Shown: positions 41,200 through 51,932 of the stretch, piece after piece | Numbering within the stretch: the first letter of the stretch is position 1 | Layout: every line of letters begins with the position of its first letter | Assembly (NCBI GenBank): GCA_030599585.1 | Contig: JAUVNS010000001.1 | Span: 288,001-352,000, forward strand | Direction of reading: 5' to 3' | DNA: 64,000 bases | Source of the DNA: Promethearchaeota archaeon | GTDB taxonomy: Archaea > Asgardarchaeota > Lokiarchaeia > Sigyniarchaeales > SOKP01 | Notes under the pieces: model-generated | What the model was told of the DNA's origin: nothing | Seen by the model: the letters and a program-made list of their open reading frames with translations, nothing else | The model's database searches: none | Position numbers and translations under genes: made by a program

Positions 41200-42444
41200 A
41201 TGGGTTCAATTAGTCTATCCAATAAAATATGTGAACTGTCTAAGGAAGATTTGCTTCAGAGGGCAAACGAATTCATTTTTTCTTCGGGATTGAATGACGG
41301 TGCTTCGAAACTGTGTAAAGCCAACATGAAATATGGTTTAGCACAATTCCATCTTATTCAAGAAAAATATGGTTTTAAACCTAAAGCAACCTTTATTTCA
41401 TCCCCTGATGAAACAATTTCAAGAAATAATTTCCGTTGGAATTCTGGATTGGGATATGGTGGAAGATTAAATTGGGGAGAAGGGGACGATAAATTAATAT
41501 TTTTAAATATTAAGCCTAATTGTTGCGGATTATTAGTCGGAGGATTAGAAGAGTTACCTGATCCTTACGATATCATAAAAAAAATAGACACTGTAAAGAG
41601 TACCGAATTATATTACGATGATGCTTTAATTAATTGGGATTATGGTGTTTCTAATCACTTCATTAATTGTTTTGAAACAAAAAATCTATCTGATACCAAC
41701 TTTCCTCCTTATATGTTCATGATACATGGCTCTGCTCCTGAATTTCGCGACGACAGGCATGGAATTGGTTTGTACATTGACACTTCGAAGTCATTAAAAG
41801 AACGAGCTATTGAGGAACAAACGGTATTTGGGAAACAATATATATTATTAGACTCTGATGCGGAAGAATATCTTGAATTTAATAAAAAGGCACTTAATTT
41901 TTCGAATAAGAAGAGAGAAATGATAGCTCGCAAGATTTTTAATCCAGATTACAAAGTAGTATGTAACACACCACACCAATTCTTAAAAGACTTCAATAAT
42001 ATGTATTTAGGAAGTAATTGTACTGACATAAAAAGCAACAGCCTTCACACTAACATTTTCCCTACGGCATTACGCGCCGATTTAGCGTGTTATCTTTGGA
42101 GAGGTAAAAAAAGTTATTCGAGAACTACACTAAGAAACAATGATTTCTTCACAAGAGCTGAAGATTTAGAGCTTCTTGACTTACTGAGCAACGCTGATAT
42201 ACTACCACACGGTGGGGGTTACATGTTACCTGATATAAGAAGAGTACAAAAAGTTTTGGAATACAAGTATCAAAGATATTTTGTGTGCGAACTAGAAAAA
42301 GATACAGAAAAATTAAAAATCGTGAAAAATGTTAAAGAGTTACAATTCATATATAGAGGACGGGATGTTATACTCAAGTCCATTCAGTTTGAACTCGGTG
42401 AAATCATTGCCCGATTAAACCCTATCTTTTCTCTTAAACTATAA
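41200..42444 (+). CDS. Divergent RtcB-like RNA ligase-family protein
   Basis: PD...G.GYG, CG, SNHFI, MIH, H, PHGGG and RLNP...K occur in RtcB motif order. Confidence 0.65.
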   Translation: MGSISLSNKICELSKEDLLQRANEFIFSSGLNDGASKLCKANMKYGLAQFHLIQEKYGFKPKATFISSPDETISRNNFRWNSGLGYGGRLNWGEGDDKLIFLNIKPNCCGLLVGGLEELPDPYDIIKKIDTVKSTELYYDDALINWDYGVSNHFINCFETKNLSDTNFPPYMFMIHGSAPEFRDDRHGIGLYIDTSKSLKERAIEEQTVFGKQYILLDSDAEEYLEFNKKALNFSNKKREMIARKIFNPDYKVVCNTPHQFLKDFNNMYLGSNCTDIKSNSLHTNIFPTALRADLACYLWRGKKSYSRTTLRNNDFFTRAEDLELLDLLSNADILPHGGGYMLPDIRRVQKVLEYKYQRYFVCELEKDTEKLKIVKNVKELQFIYRGRDVILKSIQFELGEIIARLNPIFSLKL

Positions 42445-42445
42445 T

Positions 42446-44494
42446 TTATTCTATTTTAGCTCCAGCGGGAATATCTCTATCTGGTGTTAAGATAGACACC
42501 ATCTTCCCATCTACAGCAGCAAGAAGCATCCCTTCGCTTAAAATTCCTCTTAATTTCCTCGGTTCTAAATTCGCTAAAATAGCAATACTTTTACCTTCTA
42601 ACTCTTCGATTTTGTATTGTTCCGCTAAACCTGCAACTAAGGTTCTCTTTTCTTCCCCTAAGGAAATAGATAGTTTATATAATTTGTCAGCTTTAGGGAC
42701 CTTTTCAACCTTATCAATTACAGCAATTCTAATATCGAGTTTCTTAAAATCTTCGTATGACACCATCTCTTTCTCACCTTTTTTTCCACTCTTCTTTCTT
42801 AATTCTTCAAGACCTTTTTTTAAATCATCAATCTCAAGTTTTTTAAATAACGGCTTTGGTTTTTTAATTTTCAAGCCTTCTCTAACAGCATTTTCATCTA
42901 TACTATCCCAAGCTAAGTCCTTAGAATTTGATACATTCAGATAAGAAAGTATCTTTTCAGATGTTCCGGGAATAAATGGACTTAATAACACACCAAATGC
43001 GTAAACAGCTTGAGCACATATATTAAATACGTGTCCAGCGGCATCCTTATTCTGCTTAATCAAATGCCAAGGGGCTTTGTTATTGAGGTAGACATTACCT
43101 TCCTTACCAAAATTAACTATATCTCTTAACGCTTTTCTCAATTTAAAATTCTGTATACTTTCACCTATCTCTTCGCTGATCGAATTTATGCGATCTATAA
43201 ATTGTATATCAACTTCATCGTTTTCTAATTTTTTTGGAATTTTTCCTTCAAATTGTTTGTCGATGAAAGTTAGCGTTCTATGGATAAAGTTGCCAATGTT
43301 ATCGTTTAAAGTTTTAATATTGTTTTCAAATTCTGACCATAAAAATGAAGTGTCGCTCGTTTCTGGGCGATTGTATACTAAAGTAAAGCGCCAATAATCT
43401 AAAGGAGCTAATTTTAAAGCTTCATCGATCCAAATACCATTTCCTCGCGATTTAGAGAATTTATCATTCTCGTACATTAAAAATTCTGTAGAGGAAACAT
43501 TGTATGGTAATACAAACTGTTTATCGTTACTCCTACCTTCGTTATATGCTAATAAGAGTATTGGAAAAATAATAAGGTGAAAAATTATATTATCTTTTCC
43601 AATGAAAAAAACCGTTTTGGTGTCGGGATCGTTCCAAAAATACTCGTACTTTTTAGAATCTTTAACAATTGTCTCAGCCCACTCTTTAACAGCAGAAATA
43701 TACCCCAATACAGCCTCAAACCAAACATATATCGTTTTGTCTTCAGCACCTTTAAATGGTGCAGGGATTCCCCACTCTAAATCTCGAGTTATTGAGCGCT
43801 CTGGAATTCCCTTTGCGATACTATTTAAACACATCTTCTTGGCATTCTGTGGTATAATAGTATTGTTTTTTATCATCTCTCCTAATTTATCTTGTAATTT
43901 TGGTATATCTAAATACCAATGTTTAGTTTTACGGACTACTGGCGTATTGGTACAAATAGCACAACGGGAAGTTTTTAACTCTAATGGAGTTAGCAATTTC
44001 TGACACTTATCGCATTGATCTCCTCTCGCGTTCTCATCGCCACAGTGGGGACATACTCCTTCAACAAATCTATCAGGAAGAAACATTTTATCGTTTTCAC
44101 AATAGAGCGACTCGATTTCTCTTTCAAATACATATCCATTTTTTTGAACTTCCATATAGAATTTCCTTGTAAAATCAATGTGCGTTGGATTGTACGTAAC
44201 AGTATAATTATCGTACGATATTTTCCATTTCTCGTACAAATCTTTTATTAAAGCGTGATTTTTTTTAGCTAATTCTTCAGCTGGTATGTTCAACTTTTTA
44301 GCTGCGACTGCAACGGGAGTACCGTGTGTATCGGATCCTGATACAAAAACGACTTCGTCTCCTTTTAACCTACAATACCTTGCAAATACATCAGATGATA
44401 ACGTACTTCCAATCATATTTCCCAAATGAGGCATGTAAGTCGCGTAAGGCCATGCTGAAGTAATTACCCATTTTTTTTTTTTAGTTTTGGACAT
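42446..44494 (-). CDS. metG: Methionine--tRNA ligase with C-terminal tRNA-binding (EMAPII-like) domain
   Basis: PHLGN (HIGH), SGSDTHG, Zn knuckles, YVWFEA, GKDNIIFH, KFSKS, C-terminal SEGMLLAA. Confidence 0.97.
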   Translation of the reverse strand: MSKTKKKKWVITSAWPYATYMPHLGNMIGSTLSSDVFARYCRLKGDEVVFVSGSDTHGTPVAVAAKKLNIPAEELAKKNHALIKDLYEKWKISYDNYTVTYNPTHIDFTRKFYMEVQKNGYVFEREIESLYCENDKMFLPDRFVEGVCPHCGDENARGDQCDKCQKLLTPLELKTSRCAICTNTPVVRKTKHWYLDIPKLQDKLGEMIKNNTIIPQNAKKMCLNSIAKGIPERSITRDLEWGIPAPFKGAEDKTIYVWFEAVLGYISAVKEWAETIVKDSKKYEYFWNDPDTKTVFFIGKDNIIFHLIIFPILLLAYNEGRSNDKQFVLPYNVSSTEFLMYENDKFSKSRGNGIWIDEALKLAPLDYWRFTLVYNRPETSDTSFLWSEFENNIKTLNDNIGNFIHRTLTFIDKQFEGKIPKKLENDEVDIQFIDRINSISEEIGESIQNFKLRKALRDIVNFGKEGNVYLNNKAPWHLIKQNKDAAGHVFNICAQAVYAFGVLLSPFIPGTSEKILSYLNVSNSKDLAWDSIDENAVREGLKIKKPKPLFKKLEIDDLKKGLEELRKKSGKKGEKEMVSYEDFKKLDIRIAVIDKVEKVPKADKLYKLSISLGEEKRTLVAGLAEQYKIEELEGKSIAILANLEPRKLRGILSEGMLLAAVDGKMVSILTPDRDIPAGAKIE

Positions 44495-44623
44495 AACAGA
44501 ACTCTAAATTGTATATTACCAGTTTAATTATAACTAACAATTACATTGTTACTACTTATAATGGTTGTGTAAGTAATTTACTTTCTTATTTCAACTTAAT
44601 ACGAGAAAGGTGAAGAGTAATAC

Positions 44624-45793
44624 TTATAGAATTTGCGCTCCACAAGCTCTACACGCTTTAATTTCAGAATGCATTTTCTTTAAACATGGTTCGTGATAAT
44701 AAGCTGCGCATTTTTGGCATTGATATACCTTGTAATCACCTAAAAAAATACTGTGGCAATAAGTACAAGACGAATTGATATCTTCAACATCATATTCTGG
44801 AATTAAAGCCATTTGTGTAGTATTTATACCACTTTCATCAATTAATTTGATTTTTGGTTCTTGTTCAGTTTTCTCTTCTATTAACTTTGCTGCTGCTGGC
44901 GGCAGTTCCAACAAAAAGAAGCAAAACGGACATCTGAACACGTGCTCTTTATATTCAGTTTTCTTTGCCCACATAGCTGCACACGAAAGGTGCATTGGGC
45001 GTTCACAAGAAGGACAGTATCGACCTTCGCTAAAAAAATCAGAACCCGTTATTGGTGCTTTTACAGAGTGGCAGATTTGACATTTTTCTTGACCTCTCTC
45101 TCTACTACCCATCATTAGCCTTATATCCAAAACGCTAGGTCTTCTCAATTGTAGCGCTATATCACTTATTAAAGGCGCCAAGTCGCTTTTTTTATCTTGC
45201 GAATAATAATCTGTTGAGAGTTTAAGTTCTTTTTTTGATGCAAATGACATTCCAGCATTCAATAACGCTTTTGAATTGTTAAAGAATCCAAATTGCCCTC
45301 CCGTAAGTCTTACAATTTTCTTTAGGATGCTTTGAGAGTAATCTTGGGTTTTCCCTAATTGGCAAGCGTCGATATATATTCCTAGACCTTTAGCAATATC
45401 AATTGTTTTTTGAATTTTTTCTTTGTATTCTACTTTATTGTCTGATATAATAAAAATTCTACTGGTTTTACCTCCTAATTTGCGCATTTCACCAACTAGA
45501 AATTGGATTGCGAAAGCTAATCCTTCGTCTAACAAACCATTACCAGAAACTTTGATTTTTCCTAACGATTTAACCAATTGTTCTTCATCGTAACTAAATG
45601 AACTAAGTTTCTTGATCGTAGCACCAAAAGAAAGAATTGCTATTCTATCTTTAGGATCGATTATAAATTTCTCGTGAATAAAGTTTTTTGCTGTTTCCAG
45701 TGAAACTAATATACGATTAGGTTTAAAATCCTTCCTAACCATAGATCTCGAAGAATCTATAAGAATTACACAATCTTCTATTAAATCTTGCAT
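44624..45793 (-). CDS. vWA (Ssl1/p44-Rpn10-like) domain protein with two C-terminal C4HC3 RING/PHD-like zinc fingers
   Basis: IDSSRSM..KDFKPNR MIDAS region; CQIC...CPSC....HLSC...CPFC and CTYC...CQKC....HEPC...CRAC. Confidence 0.8.
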   Translation of the reverse strand: MQDLIEDCVILIDSSRSMVRKDFKPNRILVSLETAKNFIHEKFIIDPKDRIAILSFGATIKKLSSFSYDEEQLVKSLGKIKVSGNGLLDEGLAFAIQFLVGEMRKLGGKTSRIFIISDNKVEYKEKIQKTIDIAKGLGIYIDACQLGKTQDYSQSILKKIVRLTGGQFGFFNNSKALLNAGMSFASKKELKLSTDYYSQDKKSDLAPLISDIALQLRRPSVLDIRLMMGSRERGQEKCQICHSVKAPITGSDFFSEGRYCPSCERPMHLSCAAMWAKKTEYKEHVFRCPFCFFLLELPPAAAKLIEEKTEQEPKIKLIDESGINTTQMALIPEYDVEDINSSCTYCHSIFLGDYKVYQCQKCAAYYHEPCLKKMHSEIKACRACGAQIL

Positions 45794-45810
45794 TTTTAAT
45801 TCAAATTAAA

Positions 45811-47169
45811 TCATTTTTTACTTAGAAATTTGTAGGCGAAAATCGCATAAACCTTTATTGCTCTAATAAAATCTAGAATTTCAATATTTTCATCGATTGC
45901 GTGAGCGGTTCTTGCTTTACCAGGTCCGAATAAGATAGTTTGCGGACAGTATCCGTCGTTACGCAAATAATGCGCATCAGCAGAAGCAGGTAAAAGAAGA
46001 TAGAATGGTTTCTTCTCGTAGATAGTTTCAACAAGCTCAAAAAAATCATTCAATTCGTTTGATTCTTCCCAATTTTCCCAATAAGAGCCTTCAGAAGCCG
46101 TTACTATTTCAACCTCAACAAAAATTTCCCCAGGAGGATTATTTGTATCATCCTTGACTAAATATCCTACTACATCCCTAATTAGTTTTTTTAAAGCCTC
46201 TATGATGGGATCAACTTGTTGTCCCGGTAAGAGTCTTACATCTAATAAAGCCTCGCAAGTATCGGGAATTACATTCACTTTAATTCCACCCTTTATCATG
46301 GTAAGCGCTTTTGAATAACTAACAAGCGATTGGAATAAGCTTTCTATTTCAGGTTGTTCGTTTAAGATTCTGTTGAAAATATCTTCACTCGGGAAAGTAG
46401 ATGCTAATAAATTCTTGAGTTTTTTCAATTTAATCGGTGGATCGCTTTTAAGGATATATTCATCGATTTTATCTAGGCTCTCAATTATTTCGGTCATCAT
46501 ATAAATTGCGTTTTTACTCATTGCTGGCATTGAAGAATGACCTGAAATCCCATGTGTCGTTATTTTTATGATGAGATGCCCCTTTTCCCCTACAAGAATT
46601 GCTTTTGGAAGCGGATTTAGACCTGTTGATTCACCTATCACAGCAAAATCACACTTTATAGACTTTAAGGGATTATCAACGCACCAACCTGTTCCAAACT
46701 TTCCTCCAGTTTCTTCATCTGCAACAGCATTTAAAATTAAATTTCCAGGAAGATCGAATTTTAACTCTTTTAAAACTTTTAGAGCAATAACCATAGCTGC
46801 TAATCCGCTCTTCATATCAGAACTTCCTCTACCATATATAATTTTCTTACGTTTAACTAACGCTGAAAAGGGAGGATATTTCCAATCTGTTTCGGATCCT
46901 GGAGGAACAACATCCATGTGTCCGTTATATAACAGATTTTTTCCTTTAAAATTTTTGTTCAAATATGCTATTAAATTTGCTCGATTATTTCCAAAGGGAA
47001 AAATTTCAGTCTTAATCCCTATATCTTTCAAAAATTCTTCGATTATTAAAGCTACATTCTTTTCATTCCCAGGTGGGTTAACAGAATCGCTTTGAATAAG
47101 CGTTCTTAAAAATTCAACGTAAATTTCTTTGTTTTGCTCAATTTTGGTGATAATAGATTCTACACTCAT
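45811..47169 (-). CDS. M20 family metallopeptidase (ArgE/DapE-like)
   Basis: NGHMDVVP, GRGSSDMK, DEE, GH, AH..DE. Confidence 0.92.
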   Translation of the reverse strand: MSVESIITKIEQNKEIYVEFLRTLIQSDSVNPPGNEKNVALIIEEFLKDIGIKTEIFPFGNNRANLIAYLNKNFKGKNLLYNGHMDVVPPGSETDWKYPPFSALVKRKKIIYGRGSSDMKSGLAAMVIALKVLKELKFDLPGNLILNAVADEETGGKFGTGWCVDNPLKSIKCDFAVIGESTGLNPLPKAILVGEKGHLIIKITTHGISGHSSMPAMSKNAIYMMTEIIESLDKIDEYILKSDPPIKLKKLKNLLASTFPSEDIFNRILNEQPEIESLFQSLVSYSKALTMIKGGIKVNVIPDTCEALLDVRLLPGQQVDPIIEALKKLIRDVVGYLVKDDTNNPPGEIFVEVEIVTASEGSYWENWEESNELNDFFELVETIYEKKPFYLLLPASADAHYLRNDGYCPQTILFGPGKARTAHAIDENIEILDFIRAIKVYAIFAYKFLSKK

Positions 47170-47322
47170 TCAATCTTTCTACCTTATATGTAATTTAATT
47201 CTCTGATCGTACTAATTATCTTAATATTTCAACATAAAGTAATCTATCGAATAAATTTAATATAAATTAGCAAATTTTAATATTCTTAGATTATTTAATC
47301 ACTAAATTATTGACAATTACGG

Positions 47323-50300
47323 TTGGTTAATTTGATTTTACGACGAACAAAGAAGGTTAAAAGAATTTTATTTGCGAGCATATTCATCTTTTCAATGATA
47401 TTAGTAAATACGCTGATGTTGAGTGACTTTAATGTAGATTTGAACAATAACCAACAATATGAGTGGTCAATTGACGAAAATGATGTTTTAACCTCCGATA
47501 TCGACCCATATCTGACAGATTATATCATATCAGGTACAGGAGATAATCAAGAAGTAAGAATTTACGCTTTAAATAATTCCTTTTCAAACGATAACAATCA
47601 AAATTCCTTTGATATTCCATCTCTGTCAACTACCGAATCAACTTATTTGACATATGGAAATTTTAATTTCACATTTCAGAACAATTTCACGACAGATTAT
47701 GTTATTGAAGATACAAACGCCTTTGAAGCGGATGACTTTATTGAATTCGTATATAACGAGGCTACCTCTTCTATGAAGATTAATACTGGTGAAAACCTTA
47801 CTTTAATTAATTTTGGTAATCTGGTGGACGGAGACCCATCTAATATAGAGTTGAATTCGTCTAAAGGTGTATTAAATTTCACAATAGCATCAAACTTCGC
47901 AGGTACGACTGATAATGTTGCTGGAGATGTTGTCAATTTCGATAGATCGACCATACTAGGGTTGATTTCGCAATTTTCAGGTAGTATTGATAAAGATGTA
48001 AATTTAACACTAAAAATGTATGATGTATCAAGCTCATCTTGGAAAAGCGTAGCTGATCCCTTCTTTATAAATTGGAGCTTAGGCACTCAATTATTTGAGA
48101 ACACATTTATCAATGAAAATCTCAATTATATTAATGCGTCAGATATAAACCAAATCCAATTTTACTTTGATCGGTCTGATACAACAGAGTTTATTTTTAC
48201 TTTAGAAGAATTCGAATTAGTTTCTACTTATAGTTTTGATATACCAATAACCAGTAGTAATCAAGTTGCTTTGGAGTTTGATTTAAAAGGGGAAAGTTCA
48301 AGCGTAAACGGATTCTATGCCTGGATAAGAACTCTGAACCTCACCCAAGCTTTAAATGCAGAATTAAACATAACTCTTTATGAAGCAAATGCAACTATTG
48401 CTAGAACACAATCAAATTTAAAAGCAGTAAATTTAGAACCTAACATTGCCAAACTAATTGATTCGAAGATTATTGATTATCACGGTGATTCTTTATCATA
48501 CTTCGATTTCAATCTTGCAAACACACAAAACTTAGAGCTCAACAACTATTTTATAGTTATTAAATCAAACCAGTCAGAACAAGTTTTTAGCTTGGTTACA
48601 ATACCCCAGCAAACCTATGGAGATACTGATTCGTGGGTAGATCATCAATTAAGAACAAGTAATAACAACGGAACAACATGGAATGTGGCTACGAACATAG
48701 TACCCTCCATACCAACACCCTACACTTCTGAAACACTGGACGCAGCGGCTTTTAAATTGAATGTCACGAGAGCATATATGCCTTCAGATTTTACGAATCC
48801 TTCCGACAGCCAAGATACATTGAAGATTCAAGACATTCCTATTCTTAACCAAATCAATAATAGTGCTCCTTACGATACAAGTTCGTCCTTAACATGGGGT
48901 TTAGGGCAATGGGATTATAATTTTACTACTCCAATTACAAACAATTCTTTAAATAATTTCCAGATAGACTTAACATGGAATAATAGCGTAATTCAAGATT
49001 TTAAATTTAATGCTACCTATTCGGTAAAGGCATTTTGGATAGAACAAGCTAATAACGCATATCAAGTGTCATATGATACAACTCCGATATGGGAGTTAAA
49101 CTATACTTTGAACACAGGTTATAAAAACTTCGATAACTGGAATTTACTTGAATTTTGGTATTTATTCCCGAGCGATTATACTGCAAAAAACTTAACAAAT
49201 CCAAATTCCACCGAGATTTACGAGGACGTTGTAAACAAGACGGGTGGAGAAAGAATACTAACCGATCGACCTTCATACGAATTCGTTTCAGTTTCAACCG
49301 ATATAATTAATGGTATAAGCGGAACTTACTCACTCAACCTTACTAGTAGCAACCTCATACATGAAATGAATAGTTACATTAACTACAATGACATTCTTTG
49401 GAAGACTAACGGTTTTATGTACGGAGATAACATATCAGTAAGACTTGATATAAGCGATCCTTATCTTAATCCTCCTATTAGTGGTAACGCTAATGTAGTT
49501 CTTTTTTATCCAAATAATTCAACAAAGGTACCCGGGGCTGAGCTGAATTCAGGATCAGGAATAATTAACGGGAATTCTCTAATTTATGATTTTAATAATC
49601 AATCAATTTACGATGTGACAAACGCTATACCTGTTCATGGTAATTATTACTTAGGATTCTTCTGGGAAAATGGCTCTGCAATAGGATGTCAAAAACTTAA
49701 GCTTTATATTGATAAGTACGATGTTGAGATGAATAATTTAATCTTCGAACCAACATTAAACCAGAATATTCTTGATGGAATTATCGATAAAGTGTATGAA
49801 GAATATTCAATATTAATTAGTACTGTAAATGTCACGGATGACAAATACTACCCATCGTTTTATGCTGTAAATAAAACAGACATCAATCAAGAATTTATCC
49901 ATACTATTGGCGATGAAGACATCCCAATTTTAATTGAAACTTTTCTTCAAAACGAGACAATTTTAAATCCTAATGAAAACATACGAATTACCACAAGAAT
50001 TCAAAACAAACACGATTTTGTTGATATTAAGCTAAGACTAAACGTACAACTCGTGTCTTTAGCTAATCAAGAATGGATAATCGCTGAACAGACGACAGAC
50101 CTCAAAACTTTAAAGCCAAGCATCGATCCTAATGGCGATGATACTCAAGATTTTTCTGTTGATATCACTATGCCAACTCTTCTTGGAGATGGAATTTGGC
50201 ATGGAGTAAATGCTCCAATAAGAAAAGGTGGAGCAAAAACACTAGTCACAGTTTTTATCGAATACGGTGGCGAAAGTTACGAGATCGATACTTATGAAAG

Positions 50301-51522
50301 CAGTGAATACTCGTTGATTATCAACAGTACAGATGATGTGTTTGAAGGTTACATCATTGCTTTAAAATCCGACAATGATATTACAGGAGCTTCAATTTTG
50401 AAGCCTTTTGAAAGAGATGAATGCCAATATCTCCCCAATCAAACTACAATTATAATAAATATCTACGATCGAAATTATGTAAGTAGCTACAATCAATTTA
50501 TTGATTCCTTTTCTCTGAAAATTAATAGCGATTTTACAGAAATTCAAACACACCCTCAAACGCCGATTTACGGTCAATTATTTAATTTAAGTTCTGTACT
50601 CAAAACGGAGTTAGGAGTTGTAATTTCAAATAAGAATGTTACTTGTCAATTTTATGATAGCGGAATATGGGAAAACTTATCAACTCAAATTTCGGATATA
50701 GACGGCATTACAAATTTTGAAATTGATACATTAAGCCTACCAAGCGACGATCAATTTAAATTTCGCTTAACATGGCAAGGAGATCAATATACTTTAGAAA
50801 ATTCTCGTAACATTACTGTTTTAATGTATCGAGCGTTAAACGCTCTATCCTTAGAGCTTCGATCGAATGTAGATCAGATTTTTAGAAACGCTCAACCTAC
50901 CATCCAAATAACATTAAGTAATATAGGAGACTCGGAACTCAGAATACTCGTTCCTAATATTTCTATTGGGATAAATCCCTTATTAAACTATAGTTTAGTT
51001 GAGATTGATTATTTAGCGTTAGGACAATTTAAACCCGGAGATATTACAGTCATTTTGGTGAAAATTGATGTTCCAGCAATCGATCAAATGAATATATCTG
51101 TCTCAATTAGCGTAAAAAATGAAATTACTGATGAGGAACTTACTTTTCAAGTTTCGAAACTGTTTGAGATATATGATGTGCAACTTGTTGATTATTTCTT
51201 AAACCTATTTACCCTTATCATGATATCACTTTTTATTTTAGTCTGGGTAATCATGTACTTTTATGTGAAAAAGACTATAAAGAGAATCGAAACTCCTTAT
51301 GAGGAACCTGAAAAACGAAAACAGCGAAAAGGAAGATATGTATCAGTAAGTGAAATACCGAAAGAAAAAATTCCAGAAACAAAACCAATAGATTATACAG
51401 AAAAAAAATCTAAGAAACGAAAGAAGAAGAAAAAACAGAAAAAACCAGAAGCCGAGAAAAAGGATAAATCTCCTAGTACAGATTTAGATTCGTTATTAGA
51501 AGAAAAAGGTCTAAAAGATTAA
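47323..51522 (+). CDS. Large membrane-anchored cell-surface glycoprotein-like protein
   Basis: Signal peptide, many N-x-S/T sequons, C-terminal TM, Lys-rich cytoplasmic tail. Confidence 0.8.
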   Translation: MVNLILRRTKKVKRILFASIFIFSMILVNTLMLSDFNVDLNNNQQYEWSIDENDVLTSDIDPYLTDYIISGTGDNQEVRIYALNNSFSNDNNQNSFDIPSLSTTESTYLTYGNFNFTFQNNFTTDYVIEDTNAFEADDFIEFVYNEATSSMKINTGENLTLINFGNLVDGDPSNIELNSSKGVLNFTIASNFAGTTDNVAGDVVNFDRSTILGLISQFSGSIDKDVNLTLKMYDVSSSSWKSVADPFFINWSLGTQLFENTFINENLNYINASDINQIQFYFDRSDTTEFIFTLEEFELVSTYSFDIPITSSNQVALEFDLKGESSSVNGFYAWIRTLNLTQALNAELNITLYEANATIARTQSNLKAVNLEPNIAKLIDSKIIDYHGDSLSYFDFNLANTQNLELNNYFIVIKSNQSEQVFSLVTIPQQTYGDTDSWVDHQLRTSNNNGTTWNVATNIVPSIPTPYTSETLDAAAFKLNVTRAYMPSDFTNPSDSQDTLKIQDIPILNQINNSAPYDTSSSLTWGLGQWDYNFTTPITNNSLNNFQIDLTWNNSVIQDFKFNATYSVKAFWIEQANNAYQVSYDTTPIWELNYTLNTGYKNFDNWNLLEFWYLFPSDYTAKNLTNPNSTEIYEDVVNKTGGERILTDRPSYEFVSVSTDIINGISGTYSLNLTSSNLIHEMNSYINYNDILWKTNGFMYGDNISVRLDISDPYLNPPISGNANVVLFYPNNSTKVPGAELNSGSGIINGNSLIYDFNNQSIYDVTNAIPVHGNYYLGFFWENGSAIGCQKLKLYIDKYDVEMNNLIFEPTLNQNILDGIIDKVYEEYSILISTVNVTDDKYYPSFYAVNKTDINQEFIHTIGDEDIPILIETFLQNETILNPNENIRITTRIQNKHDFVDIKLRLNVQLVSLANQEWIIAEQTTDLKTLKPSIDPNGDDTQDFSVDITMPTLLGDGIWHGVNAPIRKGGAKTLVTVFIEYGGESYEIDTYESSEYSLIINSTDDVFEGYIIALKSDNDITGASILKPFERDECQYLPNQTTIIINIYDRNYVSSYNQFIDSFSLKINSDFTEIQTHPQTPIYGQLFNLSSVLKTELGVVISNKNVTCQFYDSGIWENLSTQISDIDGITNFEIDTLSLPSDDQFKFRLTWQGDQYTLENSRNITVLMYRALNALSLELRSNVDQIFRNAQPTIQITLSNIGDSELRILVPNISIGINPLLNYSLVEIDYLALGQFKPGDITVILVKIDVPAIDQMNISVSISVKNEITDEELTFQVSKLFEIYDVQLVDYFLNLFTLIMISLFILVWVIMYFYVKKTIKRIETPYEEPEKRKQRKGRYVSVSEIPKEKIPETKPIDYTEKKSKKRKKKKKQKKPEAEKKDKSPSTDLDSLLEEKGLKD

Positions 51523-51578
51523 GTATTGAAAATGTTATCTTCCCATATTTTCTTTTTTTAAAAAAAGAGGAAATAAAT

Positions 51579-51932
51579 TTAAGCGTTTGAAATTGAAATT
51601 AGGTTTCTTTTAAGAAGAGATAAAGACGCTTTCCCATCTAAACCTGCTAAAGCGATTAAAATCCCATTATCAGAGCTAACAATTACTGCGTATCCGTCTT
51701 CTAATTCTATAGTTGCTGTTTTAATGCCTCCCTTACCTGTGGTTTCCCCCAAAGCATTGACATTTTTTATAAGTGTAGCACATGCTTTTGCGATTCCATT
51801 GTGATCCATATCCGTAATAGTTTGTCCTACGATTACTTTTCCCTCCAGATCAGAAGCTATTAAACCCTCTGTTTCAGGCACGACATCAAACAATTCTGCT
51901 AATTTTTTTTCAATAACTTCCTTATCTACCAT
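51579..51932 (-). CDS. Roadblock/LC7 (MglB-like) domain protein
   Basis: GLIASDLEGKVI...ATIELEDGYAVI Roadblock pattern, 117 aa. Confidence 0.8.
   Translation of the reverse strand: MVDKEVIEKKLAELFDVVPETEGLIASDLEGKVIVGQTITDMDHNGIAKACATLIKNVNALGETTGKGGIKTATIELEDGYAVIVSSDNGILIALAGLDGKASLSLLKRNLISISNA

Noticed and set aside
26568-47095. Longer antisense ORFs in the track (e.g. 26568-27086, 43602-44003, 46568-47095)
   Set aside because: They are shadows of well-supported genes on the opposite strand and have no motifs of their own.
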